From Gammaproteobacteria bacterium (GTDB lineage Bacteria > Pseudomonadota > Gammaproteobacteria > DRLM01), in NCBI GenBank assembly GCA_023266095.1, contig JAHFRV010000001.1:1-62109 (forward strand): a stretch of DNA of 62,109 bases, written 5' to 3'. Position 1 is the stretch's first letter. Each line of letters opens with the position of its first letter. Below the pieces are notes generated by a model, which did no database searches, was not told the DNA's origin, and saw nothing but the letters and a program-made list of their open reading frames with translations. The position numbers and the translations under genes are program-made. Shown piece after piece: positions 54,212 to 62,109 of the stretch.

Positions 54212-55303
54212 GTGAAAAATACCACACCCTCTACACCGCGCAGCGTACTGTGCTGGGGTCGCTCCGACCCCGGCTACTCCCGCAATCGCATCCTGCGTCA
54301 GGCTTATGCAGCGCTGGGTTGGCGGGTGTTGGATTTTCAGCCGCGTTTCTCGGCTTTTGGCGACTTGGAGGCCCGCTGGGGCATCGAGACTCGTCCCGAT
54401 CTGATCTGGGTGCCCTGCTTCCGCCAACACGACATCGCCCCCGCCGCGCGCTGGGCGCGTCGTCATGGCGTGGCGCTGCTGTTCGATCCCCTGATCAGCG
54501 CCTATGACAAACAGATTTTCGAGCGATGCAAACTCGACGAACGCAGTATGGCCGCGCGGCGTTTGCTGCAAACCGAACGAGACCAATTCGCGCTGGCCGA
54601 CGTGGTGCTCGCCGACACCGAGGCCCACGCGGCGTTTTTCCGCGACGTGCTGGAGGTGGACGCGGAGAATATCCACGTCGTGCCGGTGGGCGCCGAGGAA
54701 AACCTGTTCACCCCGCAAGCCTGGCCCGCCGAGGCCGAACCCATGGAGGTGTTGTTCTTCGGCAGCTTCATACCGCTGCAAGGTCCGGAGGTGATCGTGG
54801 CAGCGGCGCGCCTCTATCGCGGTCCGCCGCTGCGTTGGTGCCTGTTGGGCAACGGCCCGTTGCGGGCGCAATGCGAACGCGCCGCGCAAGGACTGAACAC
54901 GCTGAGCTTCGAAGACTGGCTGCCCTACCAGCAACTCCCGGCGCGCATTCAACACGCGAGCATCGTGCTCGGCATCTTCGGCGCGACGCCCAAGGCGCAG
55001 CGGGTCATTCCCAACAAGGTTTACCAGGCCATGGCCTGCGCGCGGCCGGTGGTCACCTTGCGGAGCGACGCCTATCCGCCCCGACTACTGGCGCAAGAAA
55101 ACAGCGGACTACACTGGGTGGAGGCGGGCGATGCCCGCGCCCTGGCGGACGCGGTGGCCGAGCTGGCCGAGCGGCGCACGACCCTGGCGCAGGACGGCTT
55201 ACAGGCGCGCCGCCGCTTCGACGATTTTTTTTCGCAGGGCTCGATCAACGCCCGCTTGCAGCAGGCGATCGCCGCCGCGACCTCTACTCGGGCACGCGGA
55301 TGA
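54212..55303 (+). CDS. GT-B (family 4-like) glycosyltransferase
   Basis: YSRNRI, LADTEAH, FFGSFIPLQG, VIPNKVYQAMAC. Confidence 0.88.
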   Translation: MKNTTPSTPRSVLCWGRSDPGYSRNRILRQAYAALGWRVLDFQPRFSAFGDLEARWGIETRPDLIWVPCFRQHDIAPAARWARRHGVALLFDPLISAYDKQIFERCKLDERSMAARRLLQTERDQFALADVVLADTEAHAAFFRDVLEVDAENIHVVPVGAEENLFTPQAWPAEAEPMEVLFFGSFIPLQGPEVIVAAARLYRGPPLRWCLLGNGPLRAQCERAAQGLNTLSFEDWLPYQQLPARIQHASIVLGIFGATPKAQRVIPNKVYQAMACARPVVTLRSDAYPPRLLAQENSGLHWVEAGDARALADAVAELAERRTTLAQDGLQARRRFDDFFSQGSINARLQQAIAAATSTRARG

Positions 55304-55982
55304 TGCCGATACCGAAACCGCATTGTTTGGGATCGGCGACGAATTCCTCGGTCACCGCCTCTTGTTTGATGCGTTGCCAGAACTGATATACCTGATTGGT
55401 GGGCAGCGGCTGTTTTTCCACGATGTCATGAAAGGCGATGAGGCCGCCGGGTCGTACCAGGTGATGATAATCGCGATAGTCTTGTTCAACGCCCGTCGCG
55501 GTGTGGTCGCCGTCGATGAACAATAGATCGACCCGCTCACCGCGTAATTCCGCTTCCACCCGGCGACGAAAAGCCGCGTCATGGGAATTGCCGGACAACA
55601 AGGTCACTTTGCAGGGCGAACCGGGCGGCGGCAAAGCCTCCAGCAACTCGCGCTGATGACTCATGTCTTGCAAATCGCAACTGATGACCCGCTGCGCGGC
55701 CAGACTCGACCAGATCAGCAAGGTGCCGCCGCGTGCCGTGCCGATCTCGAGGATGGTGCGCGGTTTGAGCGCCGCCACGGCGCGCGCCAGAGCGGTGATC
55801 TCGGCGGGGATCTGCAAGGTTTTGATCAAGTAATAACCCCCGCCGCCGAAATTCATGGCCCAATCCACCGTGTCTTCCAGGCTGCGCGGGCGGGCGTGAT
55901 ATTCGCGCAGGCGACGGAACGCCACGCCGCGATTGTAAGGCGCGCGCAGGCTCCGGCTGAGTTTCTTCAGGGTCGATTGCAT
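55284..55982 (-). CDS. Class I SAM-dependent methyltransferase (Methyltransf_24-like)
   Basis: LEIGTARGGT, GNSH, LFIDGDH, GGLIAFHDI. Confidence 0.9.
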   Translation of the reverse strand: MQSTLKKLSRSLRAPYNRGVAFRRLREYHARPRSLEDTVDWAMNFGGGGYYLIKTLQIPAEITALARAVAALKPRTILEIGTARGGTLLIWSSLAAQRVISCDLQDMSHQRELLEALPPPGSPCKVTLLSGNSHDAAFRRRVEAELRGERVDLLFIDGDHTATGVEQDYRDYHHLVRPGGLIAFHDIVEKQPLPTNQVYQFWQRIKQEAVTEEFVADPKQCGFGIGIIRVPE

Positions 55983-56001
55983 GACAGACGCTTCCTCGCG
56001 A

Positions 56002-57309
56002 TTAATTGAATTTGGTTGGCTGCGCCGCTCGGACACCCGCCTGGTGGTGGGCCGCGCCAGCGCCGCAGGCCGCACAGTATAACGCGGCGGTCAGCCATAA
56101 CAGCACCGACATCAGTAGCGAATAAGTCGGCACATGGGTGTTGAAGGGGAACAACAGGGCAGCCAGCACCAGCATCCACGGCAAGGCCAGCCGCTGCGCG
56201 GCGCGCGGCGTTTGTCGCCAGCGCATCACTAATAATCCCATCGCCGCGGCAAAGCCGAGCAATCCCACGCTGCCGGTTTCGGCGGCGATTTCCAGCCACA
56301 AATGGTGGGTGTGCAAAGCACCGGTCGCGCTGTCGGGCCGTATGAAGGGATCGTCGGCCAAGGCGTAGCGCGGGTAAGCGTAACGGAAACCGTGGACGCC
56401 CACGCCGTTGACCGGATGTTCGGCATACATCTTCAGCGCCACCTCCCAGATGGGCAGGCGCAAGGAAATGGCCGTGTCGATGGACTCCGCGTCACCCTTC
56501 AGCACCAGCAAGGAGGTGTCCATGCGCGCCGTGAACGGCGGATAAAAAAGATAGGCCGCCAGTACCACCGCCAAACCGCTCACCAGCCCGACGCCCAGCC
56601 AGCGCAACGCCTTGCGGCGCTGGTCACGCAGATAAATCAAAAAATAGCCGCAGAAAATGACGAATAACATGATCCACGCCGCGCGGCTGCCGGCCAGCAA
56701 TACCACCAGCAGCAGAGTAAGGGCGACGGCGGCCTGCACCCAGCGCGGACTATGCCGCCGTACGAATTCGAGCAGCAGCGGCGAGAGCACCGCCAACACG
56801 TAACCGAAACGTTTGCTCTCTTCGCCGAACAGCGCGTTCAAGCGGCCGGGTAGATAACGGTAACCGAACAAGTCGCGATGAAAGAATAATTGCACCAGCG
56901 CGTCCGCCAGCCAAAACAACAATAGAAAGGCGCTGAGCATCAGCAAACGCCGCCGCGCCGCTTCCCCGGCCATCACCTGCAACACGAACAGGCCGGCGAA
57001 ATAAAATCGCACATAGCCGAGCACGCCCAGCAGCGCTTTATCCCTTTGCACCGCATCGGGAATGGACAGCAACATCGGCACCCACAACAACAGGAACAGC
57101 ATGCTGAACAACCGCCCACCACCGGACCAGGCCAGCGCCCTGCCCTGCTTGATGAGCGCGCGCGCGCCCAGCAGCGCCATGATGAGGATGAACAGTTCCA
57201 CCGAACGCGCGAAGGGCAAGGCCGCCAAGGTCAGACCGATGAGCAGCACCGGCCACCCGTCACGCAACCGGCCGCGGAGACCGGAGGAAGATAACGCCGC
57301 GCCGCTCAC
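56002..57309 (-). CDS. waaL: O-antigen ligase family protein
   Basis: Many TM helices; GSRAAW, RLPIWEVALKM...HPVNGVG..GF, HTHHLWLE...GLLG. Confidence 0.85.
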   Translation of the reverse strand: MSGAALSSSGLRGRLRDGWPVLLIGLTLAALPFARSVELFILIMALLGARALIKQGRALAWSGGGRLFSMLFLLLWVPMLLSIPDAVQRDKALLGVLGYVRFYFAGLFVLQVMAGEAARRRLLMLSAFLLLFWLADALVQLFFHRDLFGYRYLPGRLNALFGEESKRFGYVLAVLSPLLLEFVRRHSPRWVQAAVALTLLLVVLLAGSRAAWIMLFVIFCGYFLIYLRDQRRKALRWLGVGLVSGLAVVLAAYLFYPPFTARMDTSLLVLKGDAESIDTAISLRLPIWEVALKMYAEHPVNGVGVHGFRYAYPRYALADDPFIRPDSATGALHTHHLWLEIAAETGSVGLLGFAAAMGLLVMRWRQTPRAAQRLALPWMLVLAALLFPFNTHVPTYSLLMSVLLWLTAALYCAACGAGAAHHQAGVRAAQPTKFN

Positions 57310-58448
57310 GGCTGAGTCGCTAACACGCCGCCGGCGGGTATCGCCAGGGATTCATAAACCCGCAAGGTATCGTCCAACATACGTTGCAGGGAAAAATCCG
57401 TGTGCTGAGTCACCGCCGGTTTTTGTTTCAAAAAGGCCGTGACTTTGGCGGCGAGTTCGTCCATGTCCCCCAACGGCACCCGCCCTTCGGGGAAGAGGCT
57501 GTTTAATATCTCGCCCACCCCGCCGTGGTCATAGCCCGCCACCGGCACCCCCAGGCTGAGCGCTTCCAGCACGGTGCGGCCGAAAGATTCGGGCTGGGTG
57601 GAGAGCGACAACACGACGTTGGAAACGGCGAGGATCTCCCGTAAATCACTGCGATGGCCGGTGAAGATGAGATTATCGAGTCCGGCCTGCCGGGCGGATT
57701 GTTTAATTTCTTCGGCATACGCTTTGCGCCGCCGGTCCTCGCCCCCCACCACCAGACCCCATACCGGCAAACCTTCTTCGCGCAGGCGTTTCAGCAACTC
57801 GATGAAATCCTCGTGGCCCTTGAGACGGGTCATGCGTCCCGGCAGGGTCACCACGTAGGCGTCGAGCAATTGCGGGTATTGGGCATACCAGCCGCGCAGC
57901 CAACCGGAGTTGGGACGGTAGTCGAAAGGATAGAAACGGCGGTCGACGCCGCGCGGAATCACTTGGATACGCTGCTCAGGCAGGCCTGGATAATTCTTCA
58001 ACAGGTACTCCTTCACGGTGTGCGACACCGCAATCACCCGTTCGCCGCGGGTCATGATGGCGCTGTAACGGCCCACCGAATACAAGCCGTGCACGGTAGT
58101 CACGAAATGAGGCCGCAACGCGGGTTTGATGCCGCGCCAGGCCAGATAGGCGATCCAGGCCGGCAGGCGGGAACGGGCATGCAGCACATCGACCTGGCGT
58201 TGTCGCAACAGACGCCGCAGTTTTGCGACATAACGCAGCGTGAGCGGCGACTTGGCACCGACCGGCCAGGCGATATGTTCGCTACCGCCCTTGGTGAGGT
58301 AGGGCACCAAACGGCCGCCCGCGGAAATCACGATCGATCGATGACCGCGCTGCACTAAAGCATTGGCCACCTCCAGGGTACCGCGCTCCACCCCGCCCTC
58401 TTCCACGGCGGGCAACACTTGAACCACCGTCAATGCACGCTGAACCAT
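57306..58448 (-). CDS. Family 4 glycosyltransferase
   Basis: GGVERGT, HARSRLPAW, TTVHG, PGRMTRLKG, PESFGRTVLEA. Confidence 0.92.
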   Translation of the reverse strand: MVQRALTVVQVLPAVEEGGVERGTLEVANALVQRGHRSIVISAGGRLVPYLTKGGSEHIAWPVGAKSPLTLRYVAKLRRLLRQRQVDVLHARSRLPAWIAYLAWRGIKPALRPHFVTTVHGLYSVGRYSAIMTRGERVIAVSHTVKEYLLKNYPGLPEQRIQVIPRGVDRRFYPFDYRPNSGWLRGWYAQYPQLLDAYVVTLPGRMTRLKGHEDFIELLKRLREEGLPVWGLVVGGEDRRRKAYAEEIKQSARQAGLDNLIFTGHRSDLREILAVSNVVLSLSTQPESFGRTVLEALSLGVPVAGYDHGGVGEILNSLFPEGRVPLGDMDELAAKVTAFLKQKPAVTQHTDFSLQRMLDDTLRVYESLAIPAGGVLATQP

Positions 58449-59374
58449 CGCTCGATCATCCACTGGGCGCAGCGCGCCGCTTCATCAAAAACCTGTTGGG
58501 GCGCCCGCAGCGCCTGCCCCTGCCGCCAGGCGGCGAACGAGGTCACCCATGCTTCGCGCAGCAAAGCCTCCACCCCGCGCACCACCCGGCCCACACCGCG
58601 GCGCGGCACGTCGATCACGCCCACCGCCGCACCGGCGGTCAACGCCTCGTAAATCATCGACACGCTGTCTTCCGTCACCCACACCTGTTCCGCGGCGGCC
58701 AGCTGCGCGGGCAACCAGTCCGCGTGAGTATCACGATACATCACGCTATCGACGTTGGGCAGGCCGAGTTCCGGCAAACGCAGCTCGGTGGCGGGCGGGG
58801 TGCGCCGTGAACTGGCGATGGTCCAGTGCCGCGCGGGATCGCGTTCGGCGATGGTCTTGATCCGCTCCAGCAGACCCGCCTCGTCCCAGCCGTGATGCGG
58901 CGACGGTCCGCCCACCAGGATCAGACCGCTACCCGCCTGTTTCACCGGCGCGGGACGGATGACGTTCAGCACGCCGCGAGTCACCAAGACCCGGGCCGAA
59001 GACGGCACACCGTCGTGTTCGGGGACGATGCACACATCAAAACAGCGGCGGGGCAGACTGGGCTTCATCAACACCACAGCGCGCCCGCCGTGGACGCGGC
59101 GGGCGGCGAGCAGGGAAAGATGGGTACGGTGCCCGGCGCCTAACAATAAATCGGGGGCGGGCAGATCGCGGCGCACGGGGCGACGCCAGGCATAGGCGGC
59201 GAGGGCTTGCCGTGGTTTCAGCGCAGGCAGGGCATGCGCTTCCAGCGGTAGACGGTCCGACAGCGCGGCCAGCAAGCCGCGCACTTGATTGGCATGCCCC
59301 GCCTTGCCGTCACTGAACCACCAGGCCACCAGCGGCCGGCGCGGCGGCGCAGGACTCTGCGCCCGCGATGTCAC
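58430..59374 (-). CDS. ELM1/GtrOC1 family putative glycosyltransferase
   Basis: SDGKAGHANQ, IVPEHD, LVGG, SSRRTP, VTEDSVSMIYEALTAG. Confidence 0.9.
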   Translation of the reverse strand: MTSRAQSPAPPRRPLVAWWFSDGKAGHANQVRGLLAALSDRLPLEAHALPALKPRQALAAYAWRRPVRRDLPAPDLLLGAGHRTHLSLLAARRVHGGRAVVLMKPSLPRRCFDVCIVPEHDGVPSSARVLVTRGVLNVIRPAPVKQAGSGLILVGGPSPHHGWDEAGLLERIKTIAERDPARHWTIASSRRTPPATELRLPELGLPNVDSVMYRDTHADWLPAQLAAAEQVWVTEDSVSMIYEALTAGAAVGVIDVPRRGVGRVVRGVEALLREAWVTSFAAWRQGQALRAPQQVFDEAARCAQWMIERWFSVH

Positions 59375-59601
59375 TTGGCCGGATGATCGATGAGCAGGTA
59401 GTTGGCGCCGCAATAAGGACACATGGCCTGGCCGGTTTCCTGTATGGCCAGGTACACGCGGGGATGAGAGTTCCACAAACTCATACCGTCCATCGGGCAG
59501 TGCAAAGGCAGGTCCGCCCGCGTCACTTCATAACGGTTCTCGGCGTTGGCCTCGATCTGTCTTTTTTTACCCCCGCCGCCCGCCGACTGTGTCGTATTCA
59601 C
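59371..59601 (-). CDS. Zinc-finger (zf-CHCC) protein
   Basis: DLPLHCP...WNSHPRVYL...CPYCG. Confidence 0.9.
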   Translation of the reverse strand: MNTTQSAGGGGKKRQIEANAENRYEVTRADLPLHCPMDGMSLWNSHPRVYLAIQETGQAMCPYCGANYLLIDHPAK

Positions 59602-59662
59602 GCCCTTCTCCTCTATCCGCATTTTCCGGCCGGCCCGGCTGGGGCCGGGCCAACCCCGGCCC

Positions 59663-60586
59663 TTACTCTACCAAGCTCAGCCATTCCGGATAAACACTGC
59701 GCCGGCCGTGCACCTGGTCGAAATAGGTCGATTGCAGTTGTTCGGTGATGGGTCCCCGGCTGCCGATGCCGATGGCACGGCCGTCCACTTCGCGGATCGG
59801 CGTGACTTCGGCGGCAGTGCCGGTGAAGAAGGCCTCGTCGGCGATGTACACCTCGTCACGGGTGATGCGTTTCTCGCGCACCTTGAGGCCCATGTCCTCG
59901 GCAAGTTTGATCACGGTGGCGCGGGTGATGCCGTCGAGCGCGGAGGTGAGTTCAGGCGTATAAATCACACCGTCGCGGATGATGAAGATGTTCTCGCCGC
60001 TGCCTTCGGCGACGTAGCCTTCCGCGTCAAGCAACATGGCCTCGTCGCAGCCGCAGGCCAGCGCCTCGTTGAGCGCCAGCATCGAGTTGAGGTAGTTGGC
60101 GTTGGCCTTGGCCTTGCACATCATGATGTTCACGTGATGGCGGGTATACGAGCTGGTGCGCACCTTGATGCCGCGCTTGAGATTTTCCTCACCCATGTAA
60201 GCGCCCCAGGTCCAGGCGGCGATCATGACGTGGGTCTTCAAATTCTCGGCGCGCAGGCCCATGCCCTCGGCGCCGTAGAAACACATGGGGCGGATGTAGG
60301 CCGATTCGAGCTGGTTGTCGCGCACTACTTGGCGGGTGGCTTCGTTGAGCGTGGCCTTATCGTATGGCATTTTCATGCCGAGGATGTGGGCCGAACGGAA
60401 CAGACGATCGGTATGCTCCCGCAGCCGGAAGATGGCGGCGCCGCGGTCGGTCTTGTAAGCGCGCACTCCTTCGAATACGCCCATACCATAATGCAAAGTG
60501 TGGGTCAGCACGTGCACCTTGGCTTCGCGCCAGGGCACCAATTGGCCGTCTAACCAGATGACGCCATCGCGGTCAGCCATCGACAT
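59663..60586 (-). CDS. ilvE: Branched-chain amino acid aminotransferase
   Basis: LHYGMGVFEG, YIRP, AKANANY, EGSGEN, LDGITR, TGTAAEV. Confidence 0.98.
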   Translation of the reverse strand: MSMADRDGVIWLDGQLVPWREAKVHVLTHTLHYGMGVFEGVRAYKTDRGAAIFRLREHTDRLFRSAHILGMKMPYDKATLNEATRQVVRDNQLESAYIRPMCFYGAEGMGLRAENLKTHVMIAAWTWGAYMGEENLKRGIKVRTSSYTRHHVNIMMCKAKANANYLNSMLALNEALACGCDEAMLLDAEGYVAEGSGENIFIIRDGVIYTPELTSALDGITRATVIKLAEDMGLKVREKRITRDEVYIADEAFFTGTAAEVTPIREVDGRAIGIGSRGPITEQLQSTYFDQVHGRRSVYPEWLSLVE

Positions 60587-60663
60587 GACTTAAATCTCCT
60601 CAACACAGATCAATATTAAAAATTAAAGCGCCTTCACGGCGCCGCGTGCCGCTGCGATACTCG

Positions 60664-62109
60664 CTATGCGGGATCGCCGGGGTCTTCCATCAACCTCCGC
60701 CAGACGCGCGACACCTCGGCGCGGAGCGCGTGAAACGCCTCGGCGCCGACCAGCGCGGACTCATCCTGCAGGGTAAGCTGATGCACTCTGGCCCGGTAGG
60801 CGCGATAGGCGTCGCTCAATAACTGGACATCCACCGCCGTCATCAATCCCGCCCCGGCAAAGCCCTCCAACAAACGAATATTATCGGTATAACGCAGCAA
60901 TTCCGGGTAGTCACAGGCCCACGCCAAAGCGCCATATTGAACCATAAATTCAATATCGGCGATACCGCCGGCGTCTTGCTTGAGATCGAAGCGCGCGGGG
61001 TCGCGCTGACCCAATTCGTCACGCATGCGCTGGCGCATCTCACGCACCTCGCGTCGCAGCACGGCGCGGTCGCGGCGGCGCGCCAGCACCTCGCGCCGCA
61101 CCGCGTCGAAACCGGCCGCGACCGCGGCATCACCCGCCACCGCCCGCGCCCGCACCAGGGCCTGGTGCTCCCAAGTCCATGCCTCTTTACGCTGATAGTC
61201 GGCGTAGGCGGTCAGACTGCTGACCAATAATCCGGAGGCGCCGCTGGGGCGGAGGCGCATGTCGATATCGTACAAAACACCGGAGGGGGTGTGGGTGGTG
61301 GCCATGTGGATGATGCGCTGGCCGAGCCGGGCGAAATACACCGCATTGTCCAGCGGCCGGGCGCCCTCGCTACCCAGCTCTTCGCCCGCGCTGTCGTGCA
61401 GGAACACCAGGTCGAGGTCCGAGCCGTAGCCGAGCTCGATGCCACCCAGTTTGCCGTAGCCGATGACCGCGAAACCCGGCTCGAAAGTCTGGTCATCGAC
61501 CCGGCATCGCGGCGCGCCGTGGCGCGCGGTCAAATGATCACGCGCGAGACGCAGCACCTCGCCGAGCGCGACCTCGGCGATCTCGGTGAGGTGATCGCTC
61601 ACCACCATCAGCGGATAAATACCGGCCAGGTCGGCCGCCGCCACCCGCAGCACATTGGCCTGTTTGAAATGACGCAGCACCTCCATCTGTTGTTCGAGAT
61701 CATCCGCCGCCACCCGCGCCAGGTCGGCGGCGAGTTCACGCTGCAAGGCCGCGCGATTGAGCGGCACATACAAGGCGCGCGGGTCGAGCAGCTCATCGAG
61801 CAGCAAGGGGTGACGCGCCAGTTGCGCGGCGATCCAGGAACTGGCGGCGCACAGGCGCACCAGCTGGGACAAGGCGACGGTGTTCTCCAGCAATAACGCG
61901 AGATAGGCGGTACGCCGCGCGATTTTTTCCAGCAGGCCCAACACCCGGCTCAAGGTCACGCCCGGCCGTTCGGTTTGCGCCACCGCCGCCAGCAACAAGG
62001 GCATGAGGTAGTCGAGACGCTCGCGGCCCGGCACCGTCAAATGACGGCAGGTGACGGATTCCCGCAGCCGGGTGATCTGCTCCAGCACCGCCGCGGGCTC
62101 ATCGAATCC
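60664..62109 (-). CDS. glnE: Glutamine synthetase adenylyltransferase, C-terminal part (5'-truncated by window edge)
   Basis: GYGKLGGIELGYGSDLDLVF, DMRLRPSGASG, WTWEHQAL, GGIADIEF. Confidence 0.97.
   Translation of the reverse strand, partial: GFDEPAAVLEQITRLRESVTCRHLTVPGRERLDYLMPLLLAAVAQTERPGVTLSRVLGLLEKIARRTAYLALLLENTVALSQLVRLCAASSWIAAQLARHPLLLDELLDPRALYVPLNRAALQRELAADLARVAADDLEQQMEVLRHFKQANVLRVAAADLAGIYPLMVVSDHLTEIAEVALGEVLRLARDHLTARHGAPRCRVDDQTFEPGFAVIGYGKLGGIELGYGSDLDLVFLHDSAGEELGSEGARPLDNAVYFARLGQRIIHMATTHTPSGVLYDIDMRLRPSGASGLLVSSLTAYADYQRKEAWTWEHQALVRARAVAGDAAVAAGFDAVRREVLARRRDRAVLRREVREMRQRMRDELGQRDPARFDLKQDAGGIADIEFMVQYGALAWACDYPELLRYTDNIRLLEGFAGAGLMTAVDVQLLSDAYRAYRARVHQLTLQDESALVGAEAFHALRAEVSRVWRRLMEDPGDPA

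Overview
Mostly core chromosome of a GC-rich gammaproteobacterium, probably a sulfur oxidiser (it has a Sat-type ATP sulfurylase). In order: 3' end of a PEP-CTERM protein gene; holA-lptE-leuS; miaB-phoH-ybeY-corC-lnt; a sigma54-type amt gene; lexA-imuA with an SOS box; chrA; an NdvB-like GH17/GT2 glucan synthase; a polyphosphate cluster (long pyruvate kinase / ppk1 / ppx / CHAD / sixA) with back-to-back Pho-box promoters; a P-type ATPase; a small transport/glycosyltransferase/NUDIX block; lipoprotein cytochrome c, iscR, slt, hslO; a variable region at ~39.5-44.8 kb; hslVU-DUF971-ubiE-RDD-ubiJ-ubiB; sat; and an LPS/surface-glycan cluster next to ilvE and a partial glnE. No rRNA, tRNA, CRISPR array or transposase was seen. 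The best candidates for an undescribed system are (1) two convergent, translationally coupled enzyme + envelope-protein pairs at 42.7-44.7 kb (a permuted papain-like protein with a lipoprotein; a signal-less L,D-transpeptidase-like protein with a membrane-anchored protein) that look like orphan cell-envelope toxin/immunity modules, and (2) an atypical pyruvate kinase that appears to be under PhoB control, divergent from ppk1. A ~152-bp MITE with 4-bp target duplications occurs twice, plus a 25-bp solo module. All calls come from reading motifs by eye; no database searches were run.
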